Notes under the pieces: model-generated
Seen by the model: only the letters and a program-made list of their open reading frames with translations
The model's database searches: none
Told to the model about the DNA's origin: nothing
Shown here: in pieces, positions 11,436-24,024 of the stretch
How the letters are laid out: the number at the start of each line of letters is the position of its first letter
Numbering within the stretch: position 1 is the first letter of the stretch
Program-made: the position numbers and the translations under genes
Origin: Hypanus sabinus
Lineage: Eukaryota
Reading direction: 5' to 3'
Length of the DNA: 64,000 nucleotides
NCBI RefSeq assembly: GCF_030144855.1
Contig: NW_026780455.1
Span: forward strand, 310,001-374,000

Positions 11436-12075
11436 ATGTTTCTCTTTCTGCAATTCATCCTCGCCTTCCGCTGTGGGTGACAGTTCCCAAATATTATTTA
11501 TTTCCCTCTCTCTGCTTCTGCTTTCCTTCACGTCCCTTCCACTTGCTTTCCCCTCCCGTCGTCTCGGATTCATTCCTTATATACTTAAGAGGCCTCGCGT
11601 CCGCAGACTATCTGCCCTCTGCCGCCGCCATTAAATTTCTATCTCCTGTCGAAATGTCTCCTTCTTCAGTCATCTTTTTTGCTTCCTTCAATGCGCCCTA
11701 TTCATCCCCAATCCCCATTGATCCGCGTCTACGCTTCCCTTCTCCCCGTTAAGCCAAATCTGTCTCTTTTTTCCAGACACGACCTCGGTGACGATCCACC
11801 AGACACCGGCTTTCTCCGGAACTGCCGGCCGGAATGTGACCCTGCGTTGCACAGTCGAGGGTCGTATCACTGCTAACAACTGGTTGTACTGGTACCGACA
11901 ATTCGCCGGAAAGGGTCCGGAGTACATGTTTCGCTCGACGGCAGCTAATTCCGTCCAGCCCGAGGGATTGGTCGATGGTTTTACGGCGGAGAGACCGCAG
12001 ACTAACGAGTTCTTCCTGAAGTCCGACAAACTGGAGGCGGATTCCTCAGCCCTGTATTTCTGCGCCTGGAGTGAT
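11436..12075 (+). CDS. TRBV: TCR V segment Vd (family A), open
   Basis: Leader MFLFLQFILAFR 11436-11472 (donor gtgggt). Exon 11777-12075: TTSVTIHQTPAFSGTAGRNVTLRC...WYRQ...YFCAWSD. Confidence 0.92.
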
Positions 12076-12114
12076 CACGGCGGCTCAGAGTGATGGGGCA
12101 GCTGTACAAAAACT
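12076..12114 (+). other. 23-RSS of Vd
   Basis: CACGGCG-23 nt-ACAAAAACT. Confidence 0.92.
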
Positions 12115-12789
12115 CTCACTGTCAGCAGGGTCGCTGCTGTCAGCTGAACAGGAAATGCGAAGTCTGTCAATCAGCGGTTGGGAGGCGAGTCTATCAGTGA
12201 GGCGTTGCGCACTGACGACCAATCAGAGAGAGAAGGGGAGGAACTATTGCATTTACAGTCCTCCCCTTATTAAGCATTCATATTCGTGACGATAATCCGC
12301 ACATTGATATCTCCACTCCAACCTTCCTTTTTAATGTGCGGTTTCCCCCGCGTATCTCCAGCGCCAGAGGCTCGTAACCTTTGAGTGCGACTGGACAGCG
12401 CTCATTGTGTGCCGTCCGCAGGATCAAATCTACCGCTCTTTATCCTCTTTATTCACTCGCCGAAGCACAGCACAAGCTGGGACGTTGAGGACTTGCAGAA
12501 CAGAGGGACCCAGGTGTATAAGGGTCAGACGTAGACGTTGTGAATTGTGGGGAGTGTCGAGGGGCAGTGGGACCACCTACAACAAGGGAATGACTAACAA
12601 ACCTTCCATGGAGTGGAAAGCCCAGAGACAAACGGTGCACAATGGGTAGAACACACTCTTTGAAGTACAGTCTTGAAGGTGGTAGAATAGATCAGGCGAA
12701 GGGGAAAGCTGGGCGGATGGGCTTGTGAGGGCTTCTGTATGAGATGCTGGGAGGAGACAGCTTGATTAGATAAAGAGAGGAAGTAGAAG

Positions 12790-13170
12790 TCAGCTGACAT
12801 TGGAAAGCGGTGACTCATGGGAATAGGTGCAGGAGGGGCGGAACCGGAAGGACATGATGGACAGGTGAGACTGTAAGAGGTAGGTTGGTATCACGAAAAG
12901 GGAACGGAAAGGGCAAGGAGTGATGGACAAATCCCTAGATCTCAGTGTAACAGTGGTCAACAGTGTGATTTCCACTGGTACTGCGGGTGATCTGGTGGTA
13001 ATAATTATTAGCGACATTATCAGGCCGGTCTGGTCGAAGTCCCCCAACATGCCGGGGAAGGCATCGGGACGGGCTGTTTCATATCTGTTGATTAAATCGC
13101 ACATTTCGTCCAGAGCCCGTTTGGCATGAGCCTGAGGTGGAACGAACAGCGCCTCCGAAAAGATGACCTG
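12790..13170 (-). mobile_element. LINE APE endonuclease relic, Rex1/L2-like (copies ~25390-25740, ~39530-39880)
   Basis: VPPQAHAKRALDEMCDLINRYETARPDAF..GDFDQ, then a frameshift to NYYHQITRSTSGNHTVDHCYT. Confidence 0.7.
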
Positions 13171-13604
13171 AGACCTAAATTATGAGGTATTCCAGGTCTG
13201 GAATGCAAATTCCTTTGGAATATTCGAAGCTGGAAGGCACCTATCCACGGGAAGCAGGATTAAAGTAGATGGCAAATGAATCCTACGGAAGCGAGGGAGC
13301 CTGGACCACCTCAAATCTGTGGATAACATGATGGCAGTTGGATTCCGCTATGCTGTAAGGCGATGGAGAAGGCGGGTACTTCCCGGCATGGAAGCGATGC
13401 CACGGTCAAGAAACAATGAATAAATAAATTGGATAACAATTGCGGTGCGTGTTGGGGTCCCGAGAACCTACGTGCCAAGTTATTTTAAACGTTTTCCTTG
13501 TGATATTTGCCACCGCGCTCCGAATCATCTGAACCCGTCCGCTTTGCATGTTTACACCTCGGCTCTTGCCGTCAGCTTCTCAACAGCGGAAGCCATTCAA
13601 AGGA

Positions 13605-13744
13605 GGTACACCGCTACGGAAGTGACGTGTTGTCACTCAGCCAACGGGAAGACCTTCATCAGGCCGCGCAGAGAGACGTCACTGACATCTGATACCGAGC
13701 TTCATTCGGTTCCACACAGCGGAACTACCCTCATTCTGTAAACG
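13605..13744 (+). promoter_or_regulatory. Family B V promoter (CGGAAGTGACGT ETS-CRE plus GACGTCACT); copies at ~26180-26310 and ~40325-40459
   Basis: Motifs lie directly upstream of the leader ATG. The related Vf promoter has CAGGAAGT, GACGTCA and CCAAT at ~17409-17440. Confidence 0.65.
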
Positions 13745-14593
13745 ATGGTGCGGGGGTCACTTTGCCTCCCGCTGATTCTGGGGGCGATCCCGCGTAAGTT
13801 AAAATCACAGGTCTGGGGTTACGGGGGCACGGAATGCCCTCTGTATTGCAGTATCGGTTAGATTTCCTCGTCTGATCACTGTAACCCGTTAACGCGCTTT
13901 TCGGTGATGCACTGCCGGATAGGGCATTTAAACGGCGTCTGCTTCAGCTTGGAAGGGGATATCAAGCGATTTTTCCGAGGGTGTGTGGGGCCCTGCGACG
14001 TATTGAACGCGGACCAAACGCGAATATGCGCATATTCTGCAGGGGATTCAACGGCAGTTCTTCACTCCGTTTCAATGGCTCTCGTTGTGTCTGAGTCAGA
14101 GTAAGTCGGAGTCGGAGCTGTCTCCCCTGTTGCGTGTCTATTCAGCCCGTCGATTCTCACCGCCAGTGGAATCTGGTCGTGCCGCGAGGATGGCCAATCG
14201 TGTCAATAGAAAAGTGAGCATGGTCTTCGAGATCGCCAGAAATGTCCTTCTGTCCAGCTCAGCACTTGATGTTCAATCAAAAAAAAAAATTGGAGTAGAA
14301 TCTTTTCTTCTTTTCTATCTTCTAGGGATTCTCTCCGCGTATGTGGAGAAATCGCCGTCCTCCCTGTCACTCCGTTCAGCATCGAAAGCACTGTGCTGAA
14401 TACGGGTATTGGTACAGACGGCGATCGGACCGGATAATAGATGCTCTCTTCTATTCTGTTGGACAAGGTTCTGTTACGAACTACACATCCGAATCCTTCA
14501 CGGCGACAAGACCCAGCAACACTCTGTTTAAACTGGAACTGGGACGGGCATCGGCCTCCCACTCCGCCGTCTACTACTGCGCTTGTAATAGCG
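13745..14593 (+). pseudogene. TRBV: TCR V segment Ve (family B), pseudogene
   Basis: Leader MVRGSLCLPLILGAIP 13745-13793 with gtaagt donor; exon from 14326. Two ~13-nt deletions and first Cys TGC>AGC relative to the paralogue at 26892; ends YYCACNS. Confidence 0.88.
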
Positions 14594-14632
14594 CACAGAA
14601 CTTCAGATAACGAGTCTCCCCCTGCAAAAACA
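14594..14632 (+). other. 23-RSS of Ve
   Basis: CACAGAA-23 nt-GCAAAAACA. Confidence 0.85.
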
Positions 14633-14671
14633 TTCCAGCCTGCAGCAGGGAGGTTCAGTGGCCATTTTGTA

Positions 14672-14685
14672 CCAGTAGGTGGCAG
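14672..14685 (+). promoter_or_regulatory. RSS-proximal CTCF-like motif (Ve)
   Basis: CCAGTAGGTGGCAG ~40 bp 3' of the nonamer. Confidence 0.65.
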
Positions 14686-15359
14686 CACAAGACCGTGTTC
14701 GACTGTTTCTTTCTGTCACGAACGGGCTGCACTCGGCTGCATTTCCGCGCGTGCACCTGCTACCTCGGATATCACATCGACAAGCAAAGGGGCTTTGATG
14801 AATAACGGCCTGCTGAACCATCTGCTCTGCAACTGACGGCAGGGATCCCGAGAGGGCCCTGCCCACAGCTCAGCACATCGCTCAAACCTCCCCTCATTCG
14901 TTACCTCAGTAAAGGAGCCGATGATAATAAAGGCTCCAGTCACCAATCCAGCAGTTTCTCTGCCTTCGTTACCCTACTCTTATGCTCGAGGATGGGACAA
15001 TGATATGGTTTCTCGAAATCACAATCTACATCTCCCTAGTCCTGTTCACCCTCACTGCGGTTTTCTCTGTCGAATTTAATCATTTTTGATTAACTTTATT
15101 CCACACCAGTGCACTGTGGTCTGTATGCAAGACCAGATTTTCACCGTAAGTCCATAGATGCAGCAAGTGTAAACGGATTTATTAATTTACCTTTCTCTAT
15201 ATCAATGCAAAATGTAATTAACTGTTTTCTGCGAACAAGTTTTACACGGCATAACTGTATAGGGACAGACTTTATAATTCTGATTCCCATTCAACTTCTG
15301 ACGTGTCGGTTCTTGGCGACCCCTGGCGTCAAGACGAGGCTACAGTCAAGGTAGAGGAA

Positions 15360-15690
15360 CAACTTCTTATATTCCATCTGAGTACCCTCCAACTTGATGG
15401 TGTATATTACTGTTACCTTTTCCTTTTGCTCGCCTGACTATTGCTTCTCCCTTGAAACTCTCCTCCTTCCCCTACCCCTGTTTTCCGTCTCCTCTCCTAT
15501 CATATATCATATTCTTCCCACTCCAGCCCAATTTAACCATCCCGCAACTATTATTTCAGGAATTTTCCCGCACCCTCCACCCCGCTACACTTTTCACTCC
15601 CAGTCCTGATGAAGGGTTTCACCATGAAACGTTCAATGTTACAATTTTCCACACGCCATCAAGAGCGGTAGGGCGTGAGTCTCCGGCCAC
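15360..15690 (+). mobile_element. Penelope-like/SINE terminal fragment (copies ~27960-28290, ~42110-42450)
   Basis: Pyrimidine-rich tract followed by cctgatgaagggt(c)tc...gaaacg, a common chondrichthyan repeat end. Confidence 0.45.
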
Positions 15691-15934
15691 AGAAAATCGT
15701 TCCACCTATTGAGCAAATGGTGCAGAACCGGCTTCCCGCCACGTGAGGGCAGCAGTACACTGAATATCGTTGAACATTGTCCGACTAGAACGACACACAG
15801 CAACGCGCGATAGTTATGCCGATGCATCTGTAAAAGTTTGCTCTATGGAGGCATCTGTACCAATGCTAATATCTCGCACATACATCTATGTCTTCTATAG
15901 TTATGTAATTAATGGGGAGAACATCCACTGGGTG

Positions 15935-16460
15935 ACCTTCTGTACCTAATAAAATGGCCACTCACTGTATGTTCGTGGTCCTCTGCTATTGCAGCCCATC
16001 CGCTTCGAGGTTCAACATATTGTGCATTCAGAGATGCTCCTCTGCACACTACAGTTGTAACACGTTGTAACTGGAATTACTGCCGCCGTCCTCTCGGCTT
16101 GAAAGAGTCTGGCCGTTCTCCTCTAACCTCGGCCATTGACAGGACGTTTTCACCCACACAATTACCACAACAGTGTTTCGTGCCATTCCCTGTAAACACA
16201 AGAGATCGTTGTGTGTGACTATCCCAGGAGTTCAGCAGTTTCTGAGATACGGAACCTCTCCCGGATTGACACCAATAGGCATTCTACGTTCAAAGTAAAT
16301 TAGATCACATTTCTTCCCTATTCCGATGTTTGGACTGAACAGAAATGGAACTTTTGACCATTTCTGCATGCTCTTATGCATTGACTTGCTGCAACACGAT
16401 TGGTTGATGAATCATTTGCATTAGCGAGTGGGTGAAGTGCCGTCTAATAAAGTGGCCACA
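15935..16460 (-). mobile_element. Tc1-like non-autonomous element (fragments at ~28490-28570 and ~42520-42650)
   Basis: CTAATAAA(A/G)TGGCCAC at both ends; internal sequence is the reverse complement of 8386-8640. Confidence 0.65.
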
Positions 16461-17538
16461 TCATCTGAGTAACGAATGTAAACATGGACAGATGGGTTTG
16501 TAAGTTTGAAAGCGACACAATGATTGACGGCGTCATGGATGTTAGAGCGGGTTGTCCACAAAGAGACCGGGTTATCTGTGTGGTCAGTGCGTAGCTGAGC
16601 TGATAATGAGGCCACTGAGTGTACGTTGTGTTGTCTTTATTATCTCCTCTGCAGACCTTCGCTGCTCCTTCTCACCTTTCTCAGTATTCCGTCTGGAGGA
16701 GAGATTGCCCAACCCGAGGCAGCAGCATATTGAGCTGCTACTGATTTTCGCTTCTGTTCCTAGCAGGAGACAAACGACTTTCTGTGGTAGCCCTAACACA
16801 ACCACTTCTGCGTCTACTCGCCACGAAATTCCCTGTGACTTTCACGCGCTTTCAGTCTGCGTGTCCAGAGTCAGTGAATCAGTAGACACACACAAATGCA
16901 TTACGGATAATTCCACCNNNNNNNNNNNNNNNNNNNNNNNNNNNNNNNNNNNNNNNNNNNNNNNNNNNNNNNNNNNNNNNNNNNNNNNNNNNNNNNNNNN
17001 NNNNNNNNNNNNNNNNNNNNNNNNNNNNNNNNNNNNNNNNNNNNNNNNNNNNNNNNNNNNNNNNNNNNNNNNNNNNNNNNNNNNNNNNNNNNNNNNNNNN
17101 NNNNNNNNNNNNNNNNNAAGCATTTGGAATAATTCAGGAAGATCTGTGGATAAATAAATAGANNNNNNNNNNNNNNNNNNNNNNNNNNNNNNNNNNNNNN
17201 NNNNNNNNNNNNNNNNNNNNNNNNNNNNNNNNNNNNNNNNNNNNNNNNNNNNNNNNNNNNNNNNNNNNNNNNNNNNNNNNNNNNNNNNNNNNNNNNNNNN
17301 NNNNNNNNNNNNNNNCTTTAATCAAGCGACACTGCAGAAACAGCGACGTCCACTCTCTTTCGGGTTTCTACTGAAGACAAAGGAAGAACGTACCGCCCAT
17401 CAATTACACAGGAAGTGATAGACGTCATAGGGCCAATCGACAGCAGCAATTATATCGAGCAACGCAGTACATTTCTTAGGAAAACTTGTCTTCAACGGCA
17501 CTCCAGCGCAAAGTCCGCCAGGGTCTACTCTGCAAACG

Positions 17539-17984
17539 ATGATGCGGGGAACATATTGTCTTCCGCTGATCGTGGCATTGATCCCGCGTAAGTCAGGTTA
17601 ACAATGGTTCTGGGGAAGGTAATACAGGTTCAGAGAACGGGCTACCATTTGCTGAGAGAGATTAGGCTCTAATGAAATTTCTCCCTTGCAGGGATTCTGG
17701 CCGTGGACGTGGAGCAGTCGCCCACTTCCCTGTCAGTTGGATTCGGAGAGTCAAGCACCGTCCAATGCACGCTGCTGAATTCGGGCTACAATCATATGTA
17801 TTGGTACAGACAGCGACCGACGGGGCAATAGAAGCTCTTTTCTATTCTGCTGTGAAAGATATAGTCAACAGTTACACGTCAGAATCCTATGCGGCAACCA
17901 GATCCAGCAGCACTTTCTTTCAGCTGGAACTAAAGAATGCCTCGCACACTAACTCGGCCGTCTATTTCTGCGCCTGTGGTAGCG
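17539..17984 (+). pseudogene. TRBV: TCR V segment Vf (family B-related), single frameshift
   Basis: Leader MMRGTYCLPLIVALIP 17539-17587, 104-bp intron. Exon 17692-17984: ILAVDVEQSPTSLSVGFGESSTVQC...WYRQRP, 1-nt deletion near 17819, then GAIEALFYS...YFCACGS. Confidence 0.85.
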
Positions 17985-18023
17985 CACAGAGGTTGAGAAG
18001 TCGAGCCGCCTCTGACAAAAACT
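17985..18023 (+). other. 23-RSS of Vf
   Basis: CACAGAG-23 nt-ACAAAAACT. Confidence 0.9.
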
Positions 18024-19224
18024 ATTCTGCACAATCGCTGAAGGCTCAGGACCCGCTGTTTCCCACCACCACGGGTCGCTGTACATTGAGCCTCAATATC
18101 CAGATGCAATTGCTTTTGATTCTTCCCATCTGCACAACCCAGTAGGTAATATCAGGAAATCAGATTAGGAGAAAAAGGTACTTCACACAAAAGGAAACCG
18201 TGAACGACTCGAATTTCTTACGAAGCAGAAGACGTTTGCCCAGCCCTCTTGGAGCCGCAGCAACATTTACAACTGAAGTAGTTAAATTATTTGCAGGTTT
18301 AGCGTTCAAAATAATTTTTACTTCGTCTATGGCGGTAGTAACAAATCTATGCTGTGCTTGTCTAAATGATTTATAACTGGATTAACAATTATGTTTCAAC
18401 CCGCCTGAACGGCTCTTGCAAAGCTGTCATGAAGGGAATTTGTTCACCCTCGTGTTCAGGTGTAGCCCATCAGTTTTGTAAGTGTCGTCCCTTCCCCAGA
18501 ACGGATACCAGTGACATCACAACAGATAAACGGAAATTAGAATTATTGTTCGATAATAATTGGTAGAAAGATATATCCATAGATACAAACTTCAACAGAT
18601 GGATGAATAGATAGATTGATAGNNNNNNNNNNNNNNNNNNNNNNNNNNNNNNNNNNNNNNNNNNNNNNNNNNNNNNNNNNNNNNNNNNNNNNNNNNNNNN
18701 NNNNNNNNNNNNNNNNNNNNNNNNNNNNNNNNNNNNNNNNNNNNNNNNNNNNNNNNNNNNNNNNNNNNNNNNNNNNNNNNNNNNNNNNNNNNNNNNNNNN
18801 NNNNNNNNNNNNNNNNNNNNNNNNNNNNNNNNNNNNNNNNNNNNNNNNNNNNNNNNNNNNNNNNNNNNNNNGCTGGAGACTAATAACTCCGACTTTATTG
18901 GTTATGGCTCCTAGACCTCTGATTAGTTAACCAATCAAAAGAAGTGCATTTTCTACGTCTGCTTCTCCATCAAGCACGGACATTGTCGTCCAATACCAAA
19001 CTGTATTTCCATGTTCGCCCTTCTTTCGGCTGTTGAATTGCAATTGTGCTCGTGTATGACGCACAGGAAGTGACGCAGCTGTCAACTGGCCAGTAGCATA
19101 GCTGTCGTCCAAACAAGAATCGCAAAGTGGTTCTCCTGAATGCTGGCATTGCGCTAACCATTTGATGGTCTCTAACTCGGGCCGATGATGGCACGTGGGA
19201 CACGTTGCATCCTAGTTATTCTGC

Positions 19225-19410
19225 CGTTGAACCCAAGTGAGTCTAAACAGCACAGATCCACAGTAAGGTGTAGCGTCCTCGCTGGCCTCACGTCGTGCGA
19301 CATTGGCGGTGGTTTAGCTTGGTAGAGGGTCAGAACCTCCGTCCGAACTCGTGTCCCCTAAACTGCAAGGTCAGACCACCAATGACCAAGCACCAGTGGA
19401 CGGCCGTCCC
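19225..19410 (+). pseudogene. Possible deeply decayed V relic (copies at ~205-395 and ~29775-29960)
   Basis: Reads RSTVRCSVLAGLTSCDIGGGLAW*R, compared with ESSTVQCTLL...MYWYR in Vf. An ETS/CRE-like GGAAGTGACG lies ~160 bp upstream. No RSS. Confidence 0.4.
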
Positions 19411-20209
19411 TCTCCCCTTTGTGTTCAGTCATTGAAATGATCGTTCCTCTATCGTTAAACACGGGATTAAACATGGAAGAGGGCGATTATATTTTTATCC
19501 GCGGTACAGTTGTAGGTTTGATATCCGGATCCTAAGCGCTGATAAAATTCGCGTAAGTTGTCCGAGATCCCGGTGTGATGTTTCACTCTGATCTCGGGTC
19601 GGTTAATTTGGCCCGCTGTGCCGTTCATTGCCATGACGCATTTCACATGTTTTATTTTTTTTTTCATTCGTGCAATGGATGTGACCTCGGTGGTTTTCCG
19701 AATGTGGCCGGTATCTTTTATGTACTCGAGTTCTGTCTTTCTGTCTTTTCAGAAAACCTGGTTGATTATTGAGAGTAAGAGTTTGATAGGTTTTCCATCT
19801 TACAGGGGTTCTGGCCGCGTCCGTGAACGGCGTGAAATGATCAGCAACAGTTGGGTTTCGGGTTAGAAGGGCAGGACACGCACCGAGAATGGTGCGGAAC
19901 GACGACAAACAGCGGGTCTTCGGTGTACAGGCATAGGGAATGCACAGTGTATGATGTGATTAGATGCCAGGGTAAGGAGTCACTGTGATGGTGGGTGTGT
20001 CGAGGGAGAGACGGACAGTTTATCTGCTGCGCCGGAGGGAGGCTTACATCTCGAGTCGGGGCAGGTTCAAGGAAGGGGCGTGACTGATCGCTGCTTCTGC
20101 AAAAACATCTACGTCCCTGGGATACGTAACAAACGAGGTAAAAGTGAATGGATTCATCTCTGCTGCACGCAGTTCTTCCATCTCTCAGAGAATAAAACCG
20201 GCAGGAAAG

Positions 20210-20841
20210 ATGTTCCTGTTTCTGCGGTTCATCCTTGCCTTCCACTGTGAGTGAACTTGACAAAAAATATTCTTTTTATTTCTTTGCATCTCTGTTCCTT
20301 TCAGATTCCCCCTCACTTGCGTTACCTTCCGCTAGTCTCGCAATCTTTATTTATTTAGTTACGAATCATCCCGTCCTCACACTATCTCCCTCAGCCACCG
20401 CCTCTAAATTCCGTCCACCTTTGGAGCTCTCCCTACTTCAGGTCTCTTTCCTTCCCTCAATGTACCCTCTTTCTCCCCTTCCCTATTAACCATGGTGTCC
20501 GTGTTCATTCACCACCTATGCCACCCCCGTCTCTTTTTCTAGACGCGACCTCGGTGACGATCCACCAGACTCCGGATTTCTCCGCCCTTCCCGGCCAAAA
20601 GGTGGCGCTGCGGTGCACAGTCGACGGTAGTAGCAGTGCTGGTAACGTGTTGTACTGGTACCGACAATACCCGGGAAAGGGTCCGGAGAACATGTTTTAC
20701 TCAGCGACAGAAAGGAATGTCCGGCCAGAGGGATTGGTCGACGGTTTTACGGCGGAGAGATCGCAGAGCAACGAGTTCTTCCTGAAGTCCGACAAGCTGG
20801 AAGCGAATTCGTCGGCCGTGTATTTCTGCGCCTGGAGTGAT
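20210..20841 (+). CDS. TRBV: TCR V segment Vg (family A), open
   Basis: Leader MFLFLRFILAFH 20210-20246; intact tctag acceptor; exon 20543-20841 ending YFCAWSD. Paralogue of Va. Confidence 0.92.
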
Positions 20842-20880
20842 CACGGCGGCTCAGAGTGACGGGGCAGCTGTACTAAAACG
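20842..20880 (+). other. 23-RSS of Vg (damaged nonamer)
   Basis: CACGGCG-23 nt-ACTAAAACG. Confidence 0.85.
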
Positions 20881-21578
20881 GCTCGCTGCTGTCAGCAAAA
20901 CAGGAAACACGATGCCTGTCAATCATATTGTGGGAGGTGGGTCGACGTAGTGTGCGCCGAAGCGTCCAATCAGTGAAATAAGGGGCGATGTTTTTGTACA
21001 GTAGCTTTAAATTTCCTCCTCTTCTGAAGCATTCAGTCGGGAGAAGACAATCCGCACACTCAGCGTTCCACTCCAGTCTTCCTTGTCACGTGCGGTCTTC
21101 CCACGCATCTTCGGTCTGGGAGGATCGGAACCTTTCAGTGCGCCAAAAATGTTCAGTACCCAAGATCAATTTCAAGGTCATTATTTTCTTTGTCTATTGG
21201 TGAATGCACAGAATACGGGGAGTTCTGGACGGTTCAGGAACTGATGAAGCAAATGACGTAAGGGTTTGGCAAACACACCGGAAATGGTGGGGAATGTCGA
21301 GGGATAGAGGGACCTCGGTGCAGAAAGATAGGAGAGTGCCGGTTAATAGGGATTGTTCAGAAACTGGGCGGGATTAGATAACAAGGGTAGGACACACACC
21401 GTAAATGGTCGGGATTGTCCAGGTACATAGAGGCCTCGGTGCACGAAGATCGGAGTGTGCCGGTTAATAGGGATGGTTCAGAAACTGGGAGGGATTGGAT
21501 AACAATGTTCGGACACGCACCGTGAATAAGAAGTCTACATCAATGTAATCGAGCTAGGTGTGAAAGCACAGGCTACTA

Positions 21579-21591
21579 CCACTAGGGGGTG
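21579..21591 (+). promoter_or_regulatory. CTCF-like motif
   Basis: CCACTAGGGGGTG. Confidence 0.55.
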
Positions 21592-23422
21592 GACAAACAC
21601 TGTGCAAAAATTTATGCTAGATATTTCTCGGGTATTTAAAGGGTCACATTACTTCTGTAAAAGTGAATTTTCTCTTCGGCTAGTGCCAAGAGCCAGAGAT
21701 GGAAGCTCAGGCAGGTAGAGGAGAAGAAAGTTTGAATGCCAGAGACTGCTCTATGCAGGACACAATGTGCTTCATAAGGTTCAATGTATGGCACTCATTA
21801 TAGAAATTATAATTTTGTTTTTCTCCTGGCATAAGGATTTAATAAACACCCCGTGAATGCTGGTTAATGGTGAGCAACAGAGGGCAGTCTTTGTACTGGG
21901 TAGAACGCAACCTGCAAATAGTGGGGATTGTCGAGGGACAGAGGAAATTCGGTGTACGACGCGAGGACACACATCGTTAACTGTGAGGATCGCCGAAGGA
22001 AAGCGGGACCTCGTTGTGCGATGATAAGAGTGGGCCGGAAAATGGTGGTTGTTAGGAGATGTGGAGGGATGGGATAACGAGGGGAGGGCACGCACCGGAT
22101 TTGGAGATGATCTGGTGGTGCATGGAGCTTGGTGGGTGTCGGCTGAGTTAGGGTTGTCAGCTGAACTAGGTGTGTAGGCGGATTTTGGATTGCTCCCTGA
22201 TTTGGGGTTTCCGGCATAAAATGGGGTACCAGCGGATTTGGGAGGGTGTGCGAATAGCTANNNNNNNNNNNNNNNNNNNNNNNNNNNNNNNNNNNNNNNN
22301 NNNNNNNNNNNNNNNNNNNNNNNNNNNNNNNNNNNNNNNNNNNNNNNNNNNNNNNNNNNNNNNNNNNNNNNNNNNNNNNNNNNNNNNNNNNNNNNNNNNN
22401 NNNNNNNNNNNNNNNNNNNNNNNNNNNNNNNNNNNNNNNNNNNNNNNNNNNNNNNNNNNNNNNNNNNNNNNNNNNNNNNNNNNNNNNNNNNNNNNNNNNN
22501 NNNNNNNNNNNNNNNNNNNNNNNNNNNNNNNNNNNNNNNNNNNNNNNNNNNACCAACCTAACTATCGATCTTTCTGTCAATCTATCTATACATCTATGTA
22601 TCTACCTGTTTATTTATTCGCTTAGTTATTTCACAGGACTTGGGGCGGATCTTGGGATTTGAAACAGAAGAGAATCGTCAGATGCAGGAAGATGGAAAGC
22701 AGCGGTATTTTGGGCCGCTTATCGAAGAATGGATGAGCAAAATTTGGAGAGAGTTTCAAGGAGGCACACGAGAATGATTCCGACGTTTCGCGGAAAGACA
22801 CACCATCAGGAGATGTCTGCTGCCAATCAGCGAGTGGACGCCCGAGTGTCGGCGTGACAGATCAGGTGACGGGTGTCTAGCCGAGGTCGCACCTTCGCAC
22901 TTCCTGCCTTGTCACTAAGGATTCAAGTCACTGAACTAAAATGTAAAAACAACGATGTATCATTGTGAATTTTTGATGCACCGATGAGGCCTCAGTTGGA
23001 GCATTGAAACCTCTTTTTCGGCCACGATTCTTAAAACGGATGAGCTGAAATTGTATCAAAGCAGCTGACCGAAAATGTTTCCAACGTTACGTGCAGATAT
23101 ATTTTATCACTTCTTGTCTTCGCTTGCTTTCGGACTCAAGTCACTAAACCCAGCGTGCGCCCAAATACTCACATTCAATTCCTGTAAAGAAAGAGTTAAA
23201 TTTGATTCATGCTTAGTGGATCCGTAGAACAGTGCAGTACAGAAGTTTATAAGAACAAAACGATTTCAGGCTGGAACCTGGTCAGAGCATGATGATTTAA
23301 ATGGACACACATCCTTGAGGTTAGATACCGCAGAAAAGTATCATCTTCCTGACTGATCTCTCTCTCTCTCTCTCTCCCGCTCTCTGCAGACAATCAAGCT
23401 AGGATGAAGGTACAGGCTGCTA

Positions 23423-23436
23423 CCACCAGGGGGCAG
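23423..23436 (+). promoter_or_regulatory. CTCF-like motif upstream of Vh
   Basis: CCACCAGGGGGCAG. Confidence 0.7.
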
Positions 23437-24024
23437 ACAAGTACTGTGCTAAAATTTCTGCTCGCTGTTTCGAAGAGTATGAAAAGGGAGATGTCCTTTC
23501 TCTTAGCTGTTTTTTGTTCTCTTATGCTACGTGACAACTAGTGTCAGAGTTCGAGGTTCGGGCAGAGAGAGAAAGAAAGAGACTGAATGCCAAAGACTGC
23601 TCTGTGATTAGCACAATGTGTCTCTTAGGTTCATCGTATGGTGCTCATGGTGAGGCTCTTGGCTTCAGCGAAAGGGAGATGAAGTGTGATCCCTCTTCTT
23701 ACACCTGTTGTGCAGATTTCCGAAATTACCAAGCCTTGTGAGCTTCAATATATCGCAGACAGTGAGAAAACCGGGGGAGAGGAAGAAAGAGATTGGGAGG
23801 GACGAGGAGAGCGTCAGAGAGGGAGAGTGTTCTGTGGTCAACTAGCTACAGAGGAAGCGGTACAGCTCTCGAATCATGTTGGAGCAGGAAAGGGGCGTGG
23901 CCAATCGACACTTCCGCAAATCAGCATACGTCACTGATATAAGAAACATCCGGGGATGAATTGAATATATTATTTCTTGGCTGCACGCACTGTCAAGACT
24001 GAGAGAAGAAACCCTCCAAGAAGG

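Noticed and set aside
14203-14836. Overlapping 115-180 aa ORFs around family B genes (also 26933-27428 and 41182-41577)
   Set aside because: These are antisense or off-frame readings of the V exon and flank, recurring only because of duplication.
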